DNA of 64,000 bases from Phyllobates terribilis (taxonomy: Eukaryota), in contig NW_027362763.1 in assembly GCF_046119375.1 (NCBI RefSeq), forward strand, positions 711,264,001 to 711,328,000, given 5' to 3'. This document shows positions 13,760 to 25,118 of this stretch, in pieces. The stretch's first letter is position 1. The number at the start of each line of letters is the position of its first letter. Made by a program: the position numbers and the translations under genes. The notes under the pieces were generated by a model, which made no database searches, was not told the DNA's origin, and saw only the letters and a program-made list of their open reading frames with translations.

Positions 13760-14010
13760 TGTTCAGCTCCTGCACCTCCTCCTCCATATCCGAAATAACC
13801 ACATCAGTCACAAGCTGAAAGCACTGCAGCACTGCCTTGGCCAAGCGGCAACAGGCTGTGCTGAAGATATCATGCTTAATGCTTAGGTGACAAACGGCCC
13901 AGTGCTGCAGAGTTGTTGAAAGCTGTAACACAGCAGCTTGATCTGTGACTCTCACCGCTGAACATACAGCCAGGCATGGTCATGTGTGACAATGGGTGGA
14001 ACCTGATGAC
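13760..14010 (+). repeat. Direct-orientation duplicate of a hAT-1 transposase segment (about 10940-11200)
   Basis: CAGCTCCTGCACCTC...ACCACATCAGTCACAAGCTG...GGCCAAGCGGCAACAGGCTGTGCTGAAG...CAGCCAGGCATGGTCATGTGTGACAATGG occurs in both places. Confidence 0.9.
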
Positions 14011-14355
14011 GGAGAAATGACAGCCGGAGTAGATACGGTTTCCCTCTATGCCAGTCCTTTCACATAGATAAAGAATATGGCTGTGGTGAAATACAACTCC
14101 CACTGAGAAGCTGTTTCAGATTGAAAAACATTGGGCCCACCAGAGGATTTGATTCTGAGGGCTCACCTTTCTACCCCGCTCAAGAGCCCCATAGCAGCTG
14201 CAAAGTTAGCGCTATCATGAACTCTCCTGATGTAGAAGCCAGGGCACACCAGAGGATTCTCTGGTGGGACCGTCCAACCCTGCCGAAAAGCAGTCCTAGC
14301 TAAGAAAAGTGTGTGGGAAGGTTCCCGGACACTCTATGGCCGCTTTTTTTTACTG

Positions 14356-14483
14356 AGGTGGAAACCCATGCAAACACGGGGAGAACATACAAAATCCTTG
14401 TAGATGTTGTCCTTGCTGGTATTTGAACCCAGGATCCCAGCGCTGCAAGGCTTCAGTGCTAACCACTAATCCAATGTGCTGCC
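14356..14483 (-). mobile_element. tRNA-derived SINE 5' portion (V-SINE-like)
   Basis: Minus strand reads GGCAGCACATTGGATTAGTGGTTAGCACTG...GGGTTCAAATACC...TTTGTATGTTCTCCCCGTGTTTGCATGGGTTTCC: pol III A/B boxes plus a V-domain-like motif, recognised from memory of V-SINE consensus. Confidence 0.75.
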
Positions 14484-14744
14484 GTTCACCCTCTGATATC
14501 TAACAGGCTGGAGAAACTTGCACCTACTGCCACTCTATCTTCAGCTCCTTTGTGAGAAACTAATGTATTTGGGCAGCCACTCAGTCTACCAAATAAAATT
14601 CCTGAGAAGGAAATTGGGGAAGGCTTCGCTACTGGTACTGGGGGAAGTGCTAATACCATGGCGTCGTACCATAGTTTACTGAAAATATTCCAGGCTGGTA
14701 GGAGGCAAGCAGATTCTCACAGAAAAGTACCAGCAGTAATGTTC

Positions 14745-16172
14745 ATGGACCCACGCTTGTAGAAGGCGGAGACAACATCGGAAGAAATAGTGGCGGCTAG
14801 GGAACTTGTATGGACACGAGGCATGAGGTTGTGAAAAGCTTCCACCTGCACGAGCCTAAAAGGCCACATTTCAAGTGAAAACAACTTTAGAGGACTTCCT
14901 GGGAAAAATCACAGCTGGAGTAGATATGGTTTCCCAAGTCCTTTCACCAAGCTAAAGAATATGGCTGTGGTGAAATACAACTCAGCAATAAAAACTGTGG
15001 ACTGGCTCCGTACCGTCCCTGGCTGCATTCACCTGTCCACGTGTTTGTGGTTAGGCGGTCCTTCCCAGTAAGTGCACTGGGGAGGGCACGGGTAATGTTG
15101 TGGGACCCATGCTTGTGGAAGGCGGAAACGACACCGGGAGAAACAGTGGCGGCTGGGGACCGAGTATGGACACCCGGCCGCTGCCGGCATGAGGTTATAA
15201 AAAGCTTCCGCCTCCACGAGTCTAAAAGGCCACATTTCAAGTGAAAGCAGCTTTAGAGGACTTCCTGGGAGAAATGATAGCTGGGTAGATATGGTTTCCC
15301 AAGTTCTTTCACCAAGCTAAAGAATATGGCTGTGGTGAAATACAACTCAGCAAAAAAAAAGCTGTGGACTGGCTCCGTACCGTCCCTGGCCACATTCACC
15401 TGTCCACGTGTTTGTGGTTAGGCGGTCCTTCCCAGTAAGTCCACTGGGGAGGGCATGGGTAATGTTATGGACCCGTGCTTATGGAAGGCGGAGACAACAC
15501 TGGGAGAAACAGTGGCGGCTGGGGACCGAGTATGGACACTGGACCGCTGCCGGCATGAGGTTATGAAAAGCTTCCACCTCCATGAGCCTAAAAGGCCACA
15601 TTTCAAGTGAAAGCAGCTTTAGAGGACTTCCTGGGAGAAATGACAGCTGGGTAGATATGATTTCCCAAGTCCTTTCACCAAGCTAAAGAATATGGCTGTG
15701 GTGAAATGCAACTCAGCAAAAAAAGCTGTGGACCTGCTCCGTACCGTCCCTGGCCACATTCACCTGTCCACGTGTTTGTGGTTAGGTGGTCCTTCCCAGT
15801 AAATGCACTGGGGAGGGCAAGGGTAATATTGTGGGACCAGTGCTTGTGGAAGGCGGAGACGACACCAGAAGAAACAGTGGCGGCTGGGGACCTAGTATGA
15901 ACACCCGGCCACCGCCGGCATGAGGTTATGAAAAGCTTCCCCCTCCACGAGCCTAAAAGGCCACATTTCAAGTGAAAGCAGCTGTCAAAAATTTGGCAGT
16001 ATAGTATTGCAGCCTGTGGGTTGGTGGGTGGCTGGCTGCATGCTTGTGCTTGTATTCCATGGAATGGGGTAGGGACAATTGAACGCTGCACTGGGACAAG
16101 GTCGGTGATTGTTGCAAGTCTGCAATGACAGGTGCATGGCAGGAGGCATCTTCGCATGCGCCAAGGATCACT
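14745..16172 (-). repeat. Tandem array (365-bp period, about 3.5 copies) of antisense copies of the hAT-1 transposase segment at about 10400-10820
   Basis: CTTTCACCAAGCTAAAGAATATGG recurs near 14941, 15306 and 15671. The reverse complement contains GAAATGTGGCCTTTTAGG, TCCCCAGCCGCCACTGTTTCT, CACCTAACC..ACACGTGGACA and GCATGCGAAGATGCCTCCTGCC, matching the sense ORF. Confidence 0.92.
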
Positions 16173-17074
16173 TATTATGCGCACACTATTAGGTAGTGAC
16201 CTGGGAGTCAGAGATGCTTCCAGAGGTCTTCCCCATGCTGTTCCCACGTCTTATTAGCACTGTATGCATGTGTCTGATGATGTGTCACACACCACATGGC
16301 CAGATAAGGTTGTAAAATGTTAAAATTACATTTCCTGGTGAATGCATTTATCTTGGTTGAAAGCAATGCAAAAGTGCAAAAACGCATCAAAAACGCTATG
16401 TGTGAACATAGCCCAAGGTGTAGAGGAGTATTTTTGTTTTCGGTTATTTATTTTGCCTTATCTACAAGTCATTACCCAGGAAAGGATGTTCCTTAACATA
16501 TTTCCCAGGAAAATCCATTTTGGTTTCGTTTTGGTATGTTTTATTGTGAGTCCGTAAAAGTGGCGTAATACCTCTCACAACGTTGTTGATAGCAGTGATC
16601 TGGGAGTCATAGATGCTTCCTGGGGTCTTCCCCGTGCTGTTCCCATGTCATTTGAGCACTGTTCCCATCAATTTGGGCAATTTTTAGGCCCTCTGCAGAC
16701 CGCCGGGGGGAGCCGCCTGAAAAATGCTCGAGTTTCCCATAGACTTACATTGGGCTCGTTGCTCAGGTCGAGCACCCGAGTATTCCAATGTGCTCGACCC
16801 GAGCAATGAGTACCCGAGCACTTTAGTGCTAGCTCATCACTAATGACGACAAATATGTGATTTGCATAAATGCGGTCACATGCTGACTAGACATATCCAG
16901 CGTCGCTCTATGCAAGTGTATTGAGTTTGACCAGACCAGTCGGTATGTGACCGCATATATGCAAATCACATACTTGAGGTCACGTGCTGGCTGCCCTCGC
17001 AGTGCATGCAATATGACTTGTGAAGTCTGCAGTCACATAGAGTGACTACAGACTTGCAGTCTAAGGCCGGACAT

Positions 17075-17578
17075 CATTCATATAATAAGAAAAAAAGTTT
17101 AAAGCTTCGTATATCTCATCCCCTCTTGTGTGGTACTGCCTGATGAGCCATGTATCTAACCCTCTCCTGTGTGATACTCTCTGCTGAGCTGTGTATCTAA
17201 TCCTTTTCTGTGTGATACTGTTTGCTGAGCTGTGAATTTCTGAAATGACACTCATATATTAGCGTCAATAGTCTATTGCTTAATATTATTGCTGCAATTT
17301 GGTATTATGAAGGTACAAATATACCAATGTTGTATATCTACTTGTGTCTGTTATATTCTATGTTTCTCTAATTATTCCACACCTGTGTAGTTTCTGCCAT
17401 TTCATGATTGGTCAGCACTTGTTTAAAATATTTTGCCATGGTTTTGTTTGCTATCCTCAGTGATCAAGGGCAGTTCATGCCTCAAACGCGTCTGAGCGTT
17501 ACTCCATCTACCACCATAAATTTTAATTCTACGTCTTAAAGATTTTATCTAGATGCCAACACTTGATTTTTTTCTTCA
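17075..17578 (+). mobile_element. Probable Penelope-like 3' fragment with a degenerate hammerhead motif
   Basis: Flanked by the near-duplicate TAAGGCCGGACA / TAAGGCTGGACA. Contains CTCA-GTGATCA-AGGGCA-GTTCA-TGCCT-CAAA-CGCGTC-TGAG at 17456-17496. Family assignment is inference. Confidence 0.4.
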
Positions 17579-18965
17579 TAAGGCTGGACAACCCCTTTAA
17601 TGTAGATGTGAAGGAAATTTTTAAGTTCAGCTTTGCTAGAGACTGTGTTGCCGTTATTTGCACAAAATTTATCAGTGTCCAAAAATCTTTGATAAATTTG
17701 GCGCATCTTTAAAAATTACCCTTCTCTCCGGAGTTGCTTCCCCATTTCGTAAAACACTTCCAAAATAAAAAGCGAATTCCGACTTTTTTGCGCCATTCAT
17801 AAATCTGGCATGGAGCTATTCGCCTGGTTAACGACTTCCAATTTCTCAATCACAAGTAACAAAAGCATCTTAGAATTGCAGAAAGTAGTAAATTTTGCCC
17901 AGAAAGACAACATTCGACAAAATTTGTAATTTTTTGACTTTGTTCATTGAGTTTCCCAAAAACTTTTTACATTTCTACAAATCTTTAATTTTACTCCTCA
18001 TTTTGTGAGTTTGCAGCAGAACTTCATGTGGTTCCTTTTACTTACAAAACCATTGTTTTTACGCCCCGGTTTAGTCTGTATGTTTTCTTAAGTTGTACGT
18101 GTGCATTCCAAGCCGTAATGTGCTGAAACAAGACCCTCGTGTGGATGGTCCTTGGAGATGACATAATAACACATTAGAGTTTATTTAGTGGTAATGTTAC
18201 ATAATATCAAGACTCAATTTATTGAAAGATTGAGTGAAACGCTAAAAGACTGATATTGACGGAGCAAAGCACAATCTTTCCAAGCAATCATAACAATGGC
18301 GTTTCTGTTGTGACTTCAGCTAGGGAATTGAAGGAATACTGTATATATGGTAATGGAGAATTTTAATCAAGGTGAAAAGAAGACCTTCGGGCTAAGCAAT
18401 TGGAGCTCACGACCTCAAAATTTCTCAATGGGTTGGACATAGCCAAGGCACACTTTGTTGAGACCTTCTCCCTCTTGGCTTTTTCTTAAATCCCACTGGC
18501 ATCTGACCAGTATTGAAATCATCATTTAAGATGTTCACATTTGATGTAAGACATTCCATCATGAACTCCAATGAGGTTTCTGTAAGTTTGGGTGTGGCAG
18601 ACGAGTAGATTACATTGTGCTTTTGTTTTAATATTTGATAAACAGGTTAGAAAAAATTAAGATTAGAAAAAAGAAATGCTAATTATTAACATTTTACTTT
18701 TAATATTTTTTTTTTCAAAGATCTTGCTTTTTTATGTTTCTATCTGTATATAAAGATGTTACTGTCTATATATAAAAATATGTTACTATCTATATATAGA
18801 AATACTTTTGCCATTATAGGAGGTGCAATAGGCTGACGTTTTCTGCATTCGCTTCATAGTTTTGTTGTATATACTGGGACAGGATTAGCAGAGTCATCTC
18901 ATTACCATTAGAATAGATATTAATGATACATTATATGATCAGAAGTCATGTGCTCCCTTCACAAT

Positions 18966-20759
18966 ACACCTAAAGGACCTTTTATGACATAACATTTTAA
19001 ATCCATGTGAATTAATAGGGAATTGTTCCCTTTGAAGCTATAATAGCTTCCGCTCTTATGGGTAGGCGTTTAGCCAAATTTTGGAGATGTCTGTAGGGAT
19101 TTTGGCCCATTCATTCAAACAAACATTTGTGATGGAAGAGCCGGGCTAACTATCTCTGTTCTAGTTATCCCAATTGTTCAATGGGTTGAGGTCAGTGTTC
19201 TGTGCAGCCATCATGTTTTTCTACACCAAACCCCCCCTACCATGTCTTTATAAACCTTGTGTACTGGGCAAAGTCATGGGGAACAGAAAAGGACCGTCTC
19301 CAAACTGTTCCCACAAAGCTGGAAGCTACAATTGCCCACAATGTCTTGAACAATGATTCATTGTAACTATAATCCCATAGCATCATCCCTACTGCCTCAA
19401 ATTTTACAGCTGGCACAATGCAGTTAGGTGGGTAACCTTCTTCAGTTGTTTGACAAACTCAGACTCACCAACAGATGTCAAATTGAAAAACGTGTTCAGT
19501 CACATCATAGAACATGTTTACACTGCTCAAAGCTGTGTTTCCAAAGCCCAATAGCAGCTGCTTTACACCACACCATCTGACACTTGACATTGTGCTTGGT
19601 GATGTAAAACTTGCATTTAGCTTCTCGTCCATTAATCTTCCATCGTACAGTTTGTGTTGATGTTAATGTTAGAGTTAGTGGGAACTCTGTGGTTCTTGAG
19701 TTCTCAGAATTTTGAAGACCTTTATGCACTATGTGCAATCGGTGACCCCAGTCTGTAACTTTTTATGGTCTGCACTTCGTGGCTGAGTTACTTTGGTTCC
19801 TTTCACTTTTCAATAATATCACTCACAGGTGATGGGGAAAGATTTAGGAGGGAAGAAATGTCATTACCTGACTTGTTTCACCAGTGGCTCTAATTACAGC
19901 GCTGGTATCAGTGAGCTCTTTACCAACAGCCATTCTGTCACATGTTGGTAAGGCCAGACCGCTGTCATGCTAGAGTAGCATCTCACTCGGGATAATAGGT
20001 GAAGCTAAAAAACTGCAACTGACCCTGTCGGTTCCGTTACAGATTAGAGATCCTGATCCCGCCGTCCCTAGCGGTTCCTGCGTGAGCAGAGATAGCCCTA
20101 ACCACAAACTAGAAGATGGCAACTCGGGCCTATGCTGTCTGAAAGGCCATTAAGTGCTTCACATTCCTCCTAAAGAACTGGAGAGCAGGGCAGTGTGTGA
20201 ATTACCTAAAAAGGGAAAGTTTGCTGAAAAAGGAAAGATCCCAGAGTGAGTAAAATAATCCATGAAATACAAAAGAAAATATAAAGTATGAATTGTTAGA
20301 TAATATGCAGCCTACTTCCTATTCAGAAACAAAAGACAGGTGCAGAGTAGAGAACAGAAACAGAAAAGAGATAAACCCTAGCTGGAATTTCACTGACTGG
20401 CTTTAAGCTGCAGCTGAATGTGTGAACATCCAAAAGACACTATCACCAGCAGGAAATACCAGCAGGGGGACAGAATATTACGCCACACCCGAAAGGTGAT
20501 AGGGCAGACAAATGAAAAAACCTGTGTAATGCTAAACAGACTGCAGCCAGAATAACCGAACCTAAACAAACAGACAAAACATGTGTCTGCTGTGGCTCGG
20601 CGGACAGAGAAGTCGACCACAAAACACAGGCGAATGCAGGAGCAGTACACTGGCATGTCAAGGGGCCAGCTGTTGTACACCAGGGGGGCAAAGGGCATGA
20701 ATGACAACTCTGAATTCAATGATTAAGACGTATGTCCCGATATTTTTGTCCTTATACTG
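18966..20759 (-). mobile_element. Decayed Tc1 transposon interrupted by an LTR
   Basis: 19040-19960 is the reverse complement of the Tc1 transposase remnant at 60406-61070. A TIR-like TGTCCCGATATTTTTGTCCTTATACTG|TA lies near 20730-20760. The left boundary is approximate. Confidence 0.72.
19963..20706. mobile_element. Probable solo LTR (744 bp) inserted in Tc1
   Basis: TGTCAT...ATGACA inverted ends interrupt the Tc1 5' region. The flanks (ACCGC / ACTCT) are not a clean TSD. Confidence 0.55.
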
Positions 20760-23294
20760 TAGATGTCAGGTCTGTTGTACTGATGGAGACTTACTTTGAT
20801 CATATATCTACATTATCTTTTTCAATTCTAGCCCATAGACCCTCCCTTGAATCAGGTGTTCTGTATAGGGAAAGGGCAGTAAGCCACTGATAGACACCTT
20901 GGGTGAGTGCTTCTTTCCAGTAGGAAAAAAAAGATCAGGTGTTTTAATTCAAGCTGCCCAATCCTTCTCTCCCCTGACATCATCTTTTGGGGGGAGTTGA
21001 GAGACCTCATTTTCTCCCTCTTCTCTAGGTGTGGGAGAAGGGACTCCTATGCAGCATCTATCAGGGAGATTTAGGAGGCCTCCCTACATGTTGGATGGTT
21101 AGCCGGTCCCACTGGAGTTGTGTATGGAGACTTTTAGATAAGGCAGAGTTTACAGAGAAATCTTAGTGTGAGACTCATCTGTCATTTCTTGGTCTGGTAG
21201 AGCGTGGCACTCCTAGAAACCATCTGTCGGGGGATAGTAGGAAGGCTCCCATACACATTAGATGGTTGGCTGGTCCTGATGAAATTGTGTATGGTGGTCT
21301 TTAAATAATGCATGTTTAAAAAGCAAAGGCTCACCTGTCATTACAGATGGGGATGTGCCCCTAGGCCCCTAGGCATAGCTTCCTTTGCCAGATGAAGGTT
21401 GGTTGATCCCATCTATTTGGGACCATTTGATATGTACTGTATGTGAGCTTTGTTTTAAAACAGGATGTTGGGTGAGAGAAGGATAAGAATGTTGCATTTC
21501 AGTGTTCAATCTTTTTCTTTTGGGGGTCATAATTGATTGCCAGAAGTGTCTGGCAGTGGTTTTCTTTTTTCACCCCATGGAAAATACATGAACAGTTGGT
21601 CGAATTGACCCCTAATATGTATTGGGGAGTGAAAAGCCTTAGCTGTCTGCCCAACAATGATTGACAGCAGTTATCGCATGTGTATGGCCAACTCAAGTCT
21701 ATGACACTTTTCTAACCATTAACTCATATTCACTGCAGCGGCTAAAAAGCAAAAATGCCTTGTTGCACTGTCTACATAGAAAATGCGGAAAGGAAGTGTG
21801 TTCTCCTTCCAGAGATGTTTCTAAAAATTAAAAATAATTAGTTCCAACATTGAAACAGAAGTATTTCTCATTTCTAATAATAAAAAAATGAAATTAAATA
21901 CACGAGACAATACTTTTAAAAATCAATACGGCAAGCTGATATCCTAAATGCAACTCTATAGCCAACACAGGTTTAACAATCAGCTCCAGATATTCGTTTT
22001 GAATGATTGTTCAATTTGCCTAAATGCATTAGAAAGGCAATGCTGTCAATTGTGTTTGCCACATGGTATTTAATCAGCCATGGCCCCTGTTCCTATGCTT
22101 CCTGGTGGGCCCTTCATGCTTCAGATCAAGGCTGACCAAAGATTATATGATGATTGATTTTTCTTTTTTTTTCTGTATTACTGTATTCGAAAATACCAAA
22201 CACATACTTTGCATGGACATACTTTCCAATGTAATTTTTCATTTAAGTTCTTCAGATTTCACTCCGTAGACAGGATGGCTGGGGAGAAATTAATTAAAAT
22301 GGGACTTTTATGTCTTCATATTTTACATACTTTAAAGTTCAAATAATCTTTCATGTATATTTTCTGAGAATGTTGGAAATATCTGGGAATATTGAATTGC
22401 TAAGATTTACTCATTCCCTCCTCTTCCATAAAAGTGAATCCATATAGGAAAGCAATACCAGCACAGTCTAACAGCGGTGCTCTGAAAACTAAGGCACGTC
22501 GTACTGGTAAGTCACCATGAGGGTCTTGATGAGGTGCGGCAGGCCTCCCAAGCATTTCTAAAAACTTTGTGACCCACTCCACGATGTTCATGTTCCAGAA
22601 GTGGTACTCTTGGAAAACTTTCTTCCATTTCTTACTTTTGGCTCTATAATTATTCCTGTGGCTCACTATGGAAGACTTGCGTCTAACACCGGGGTTGACA
22701 CTCTTATGGGGTCCCTCTAAGTCTCAAGACATTTTCTGCAGAATAAGACCCAAACTACATCACCATCTCCCTCCCAAGACATGAATGTAGATAGTTGGTA
22801 GGAATCTAATGTCATTTTTGGAGTTTCTAATATTTAAACATCCAGTAATCCCTGGTAATGTCCGCACATTGATTTTTGAGACAATTTTCAGTAATCTGTT
22901 ATAGAGAAAATAATCTCGGGGCACTAAGCTGCAAAGAGCATTTGCGTTGATAGGAATTAAGGTAAGCTTCTAGGGAAAGAAGTGACTATCAATAGGGTAT
23001 TGACTGGTCCCAATAGGAAAAATTGTAAATGCTGCTCTAGACTATAAAACATGCAAAACCAGTATAAATGAGTCAATTTTTTTTTATTAAAATCCCAACT
23101 ATATGGAACCATAATTTTTTTTCCAGTTTCTAGCATTCTTTATTGTGTCCTGGCTAGAATGTTTGAAATTTGAGTTTGCTGGCTTTGCTAAATTTTTCCA
23201 CAAAATTCAATTTGTTGCGAATAAATTTGCACAAATCTCAATACTGAAAAGATTGTAATTACTCAGAAAATACATGTGGTGGTGAGGAGAGGAA

Positions 23295-25118
23295 AGAGAA
23301 AGAGGACCCTGCTGACCATAAGAGCTTATACTTTACAGGCAAGAGAAATTACCCAGCTGACCATAAGAGCTTACACTCTACAGAAGAGAGAGATAGGACC
23401 CCGCTGACCATAAGAGCTTACACTCTACAAGAGAGAGAGAGAGGACCCTATTGACCATAAGAGCTTACACTCTACAGAAGAGAGAAAACCCCACTGACCA
23501 TAAAAGCTTACACTCTACAAGAGAGAGAGAGAGGACCCTACTGACCATAAGAGCTTACACTCTACAAGAGATAGAAGACCCCGCTGACCATAAGAGCTTA
23601 CACTTACAGGAGAGAGAGAGGACCCCACTGATCCTGAGAGCTTATGACTCGCCCCCTGGGCCGTGGGGCACCCAGAACCGGGCTTCAGTGCGATGGCGGG
23701 AGTAGTAGAGGCAACCCGATCCCGTGGCTCAGGGTGGTCAGACCAGATGCTGTGGCAGTCTATTTGTAGGGTTTTGAATGTCCGACTACGCCACCCGTGG
23801 ATTGCGGCTATTATGAACCGCCACTGCAAGGCAGTCCACTGAGGCTGATGGTGTGTGCAGCTGAGATAGTATAACTCCCCACGGGAAGAGTGTAGCCCCA
23901 GGGCAGTTGTAGTAGATGCTGGGGGTGATGGTGCAGGCGCAGCATAAATAACACAGAGTCCAATGATGCAGTCCAGGGTTTTTACTCACAGTTGTCATCC
24001 ATGTCACTGCCCAAGCCGTGCTGCGTCCACCAGGTGAGGGGCTCGGTCAACCCTGAGGCAATTCAGGAGTATGGCACAGGACCCCCTTCAGTCCTTTCTC
24101 TGGCCTCTCGTGCCCCACCAGTGACCAAACTTCTGTCCAGCTGCCGCGGATCTATGCGGGCAAACGTGGGCTCTGTTTCCCGCTATCCAATATGGTGCCT
24201 TCCTAGCAGGTTTGGCGGGGGGTCGCACCAATAGATGATCACGACCTCCGGTCTTTGGCTGAGGGATGATTTACCTCCACCAACTTGGGAAACCGGTACC
24301 CTTATTCTGCCTGACCCTTCACCCGATATCTCGTGGGTTCTTAGGGTCCCTTCTGCCTTCTTGTTTCTGGAGCCTTTCTACTCCTCTGTCTCTCCTCTTT
24401 CCTTCCTTCTCCTTCTTCTTTTCTCCTTTCTGGCCCCGGCCTTTTCTCTAGGCCTGCCTCGTGGAGCTGAGCTCAAGCCGAGCCTGTCAGCTCTCTCTCC
24501 CTTTCTGCTCTGACTGAACTTCCTCCTAAGAGAGCCCCCACCTTTTTATCTGCTTCTCTGTGTCTGAGCTCAGATGACCTGCACCCAATGAGCTCCTTCC
24601 TATGCTCCAGAAACCGTCCCCTTCTGCTCCTACATCACTGGGTTCTCTCCCCCCTCCCCACTCCAGCCAGGGACATGGTCAGTTGTGCCTGCATAAACGG
24701 GAGCACCGTCGAGCTGTCCCCCGGAAATGGGAAATGTGTGTATGCAGCTAACTGACCCCTGGTCCACACTCCATCCTTACTTGGGAGTGGAATATCACAC
24801 CTCTGGTTGAGGTGCAATACCCCTGTAGCAACCGAACCCTTGGGGCGCTACACTTACAGTCTACAGAAGAGAGAAACAGGACTCCACTGATCATAAGAGC
24901 TTACACTCTACAGGAGAGAGAGGACCCCCCTGACCATAAGAGCTTACAGACTACAGAAGAGAGAGAGAGGACTCCACTGATCATAAGAGCTTGCACTCTA
25001 CATTGAAAGAAAAAGAGAGAAGACCCTGATCATAAAAGCTTATACTTTGCAAGCAAGAGAGAAGATCCCACTGAACATAAGAGCTTATACTCTAAAGGAG
25101 AGGAAGGACCCCGCTGAC
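23295..25118. repeat. Minisatellite, about 45 bp unit; interrupted at 23645-24852 and resuming at 26893-26930
   Basis: Repeated GAGAGAGAGGACCCCGCTGACCATAAGAGCTTACACTCTACA. Confidence 0.92.
23645..24852 (-). mobile_element. Solo LTR, Gypsy-like family A (1208 bp)
   Basis: Minus strand TGTAGCGCCCC...GGGGGCGAGTCA. 4-bp TSD CTTA (23641-23644, 24853-24856). Homologous to 49967-51179. Confidence 0.92.

Larger units (their letters stand above)
8437..16842 (+). mobile_element. hAT-1: full-length Ac-type hAT DNA transposon, decayed
   Basis: TIRs TAGTGATGAGCGAGCA and (reverse complement) TAGTGATGAGCTAGCA. 8-bp TSD ATGACGAA / ATGACGAC (7 of 8 match). Internal transposase remnant. Confidence 0.95.
8308..17596. 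mobile_element. TTAA-targeting (T2/Kolobok-like) MITE split by hAT-1 and a second insert
   Basis: TTAA|ACGGGCTGTCCACCTTAGGCTACAAGTCTGCAGTCACTCTATGTGACTG at the left end. Its inverted counterpart CAGTCACATAGAGTGACTACAGACTTGCAGTCTAAGG lies at about 17030-17066, and the right end is GGACAACCCCT|TTAA (TTAA at 17597-17600). Confidence 0.7.

Noticed and set aside
14100-14330. Gypsy integrase zinc-finger-like translation (HDS...LWW) on the minus strand
   Set aside because: Too few conserved residues to support by eye; left unassigned.
14356-14483. tRNA gene
   Set aside because: The A/B boxes run into a SINE body with no complete cloverleaf or acceptor stem.
18511-18581. Plus-strand 71-nt exon-like segment (LKSSFKMFTFDVRHSIMNSNEVS) with a GTAAGT donor
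   Set aside because: Short enough to arise by chance, competing minus-strand readings exist, and there is no recognisable homology.
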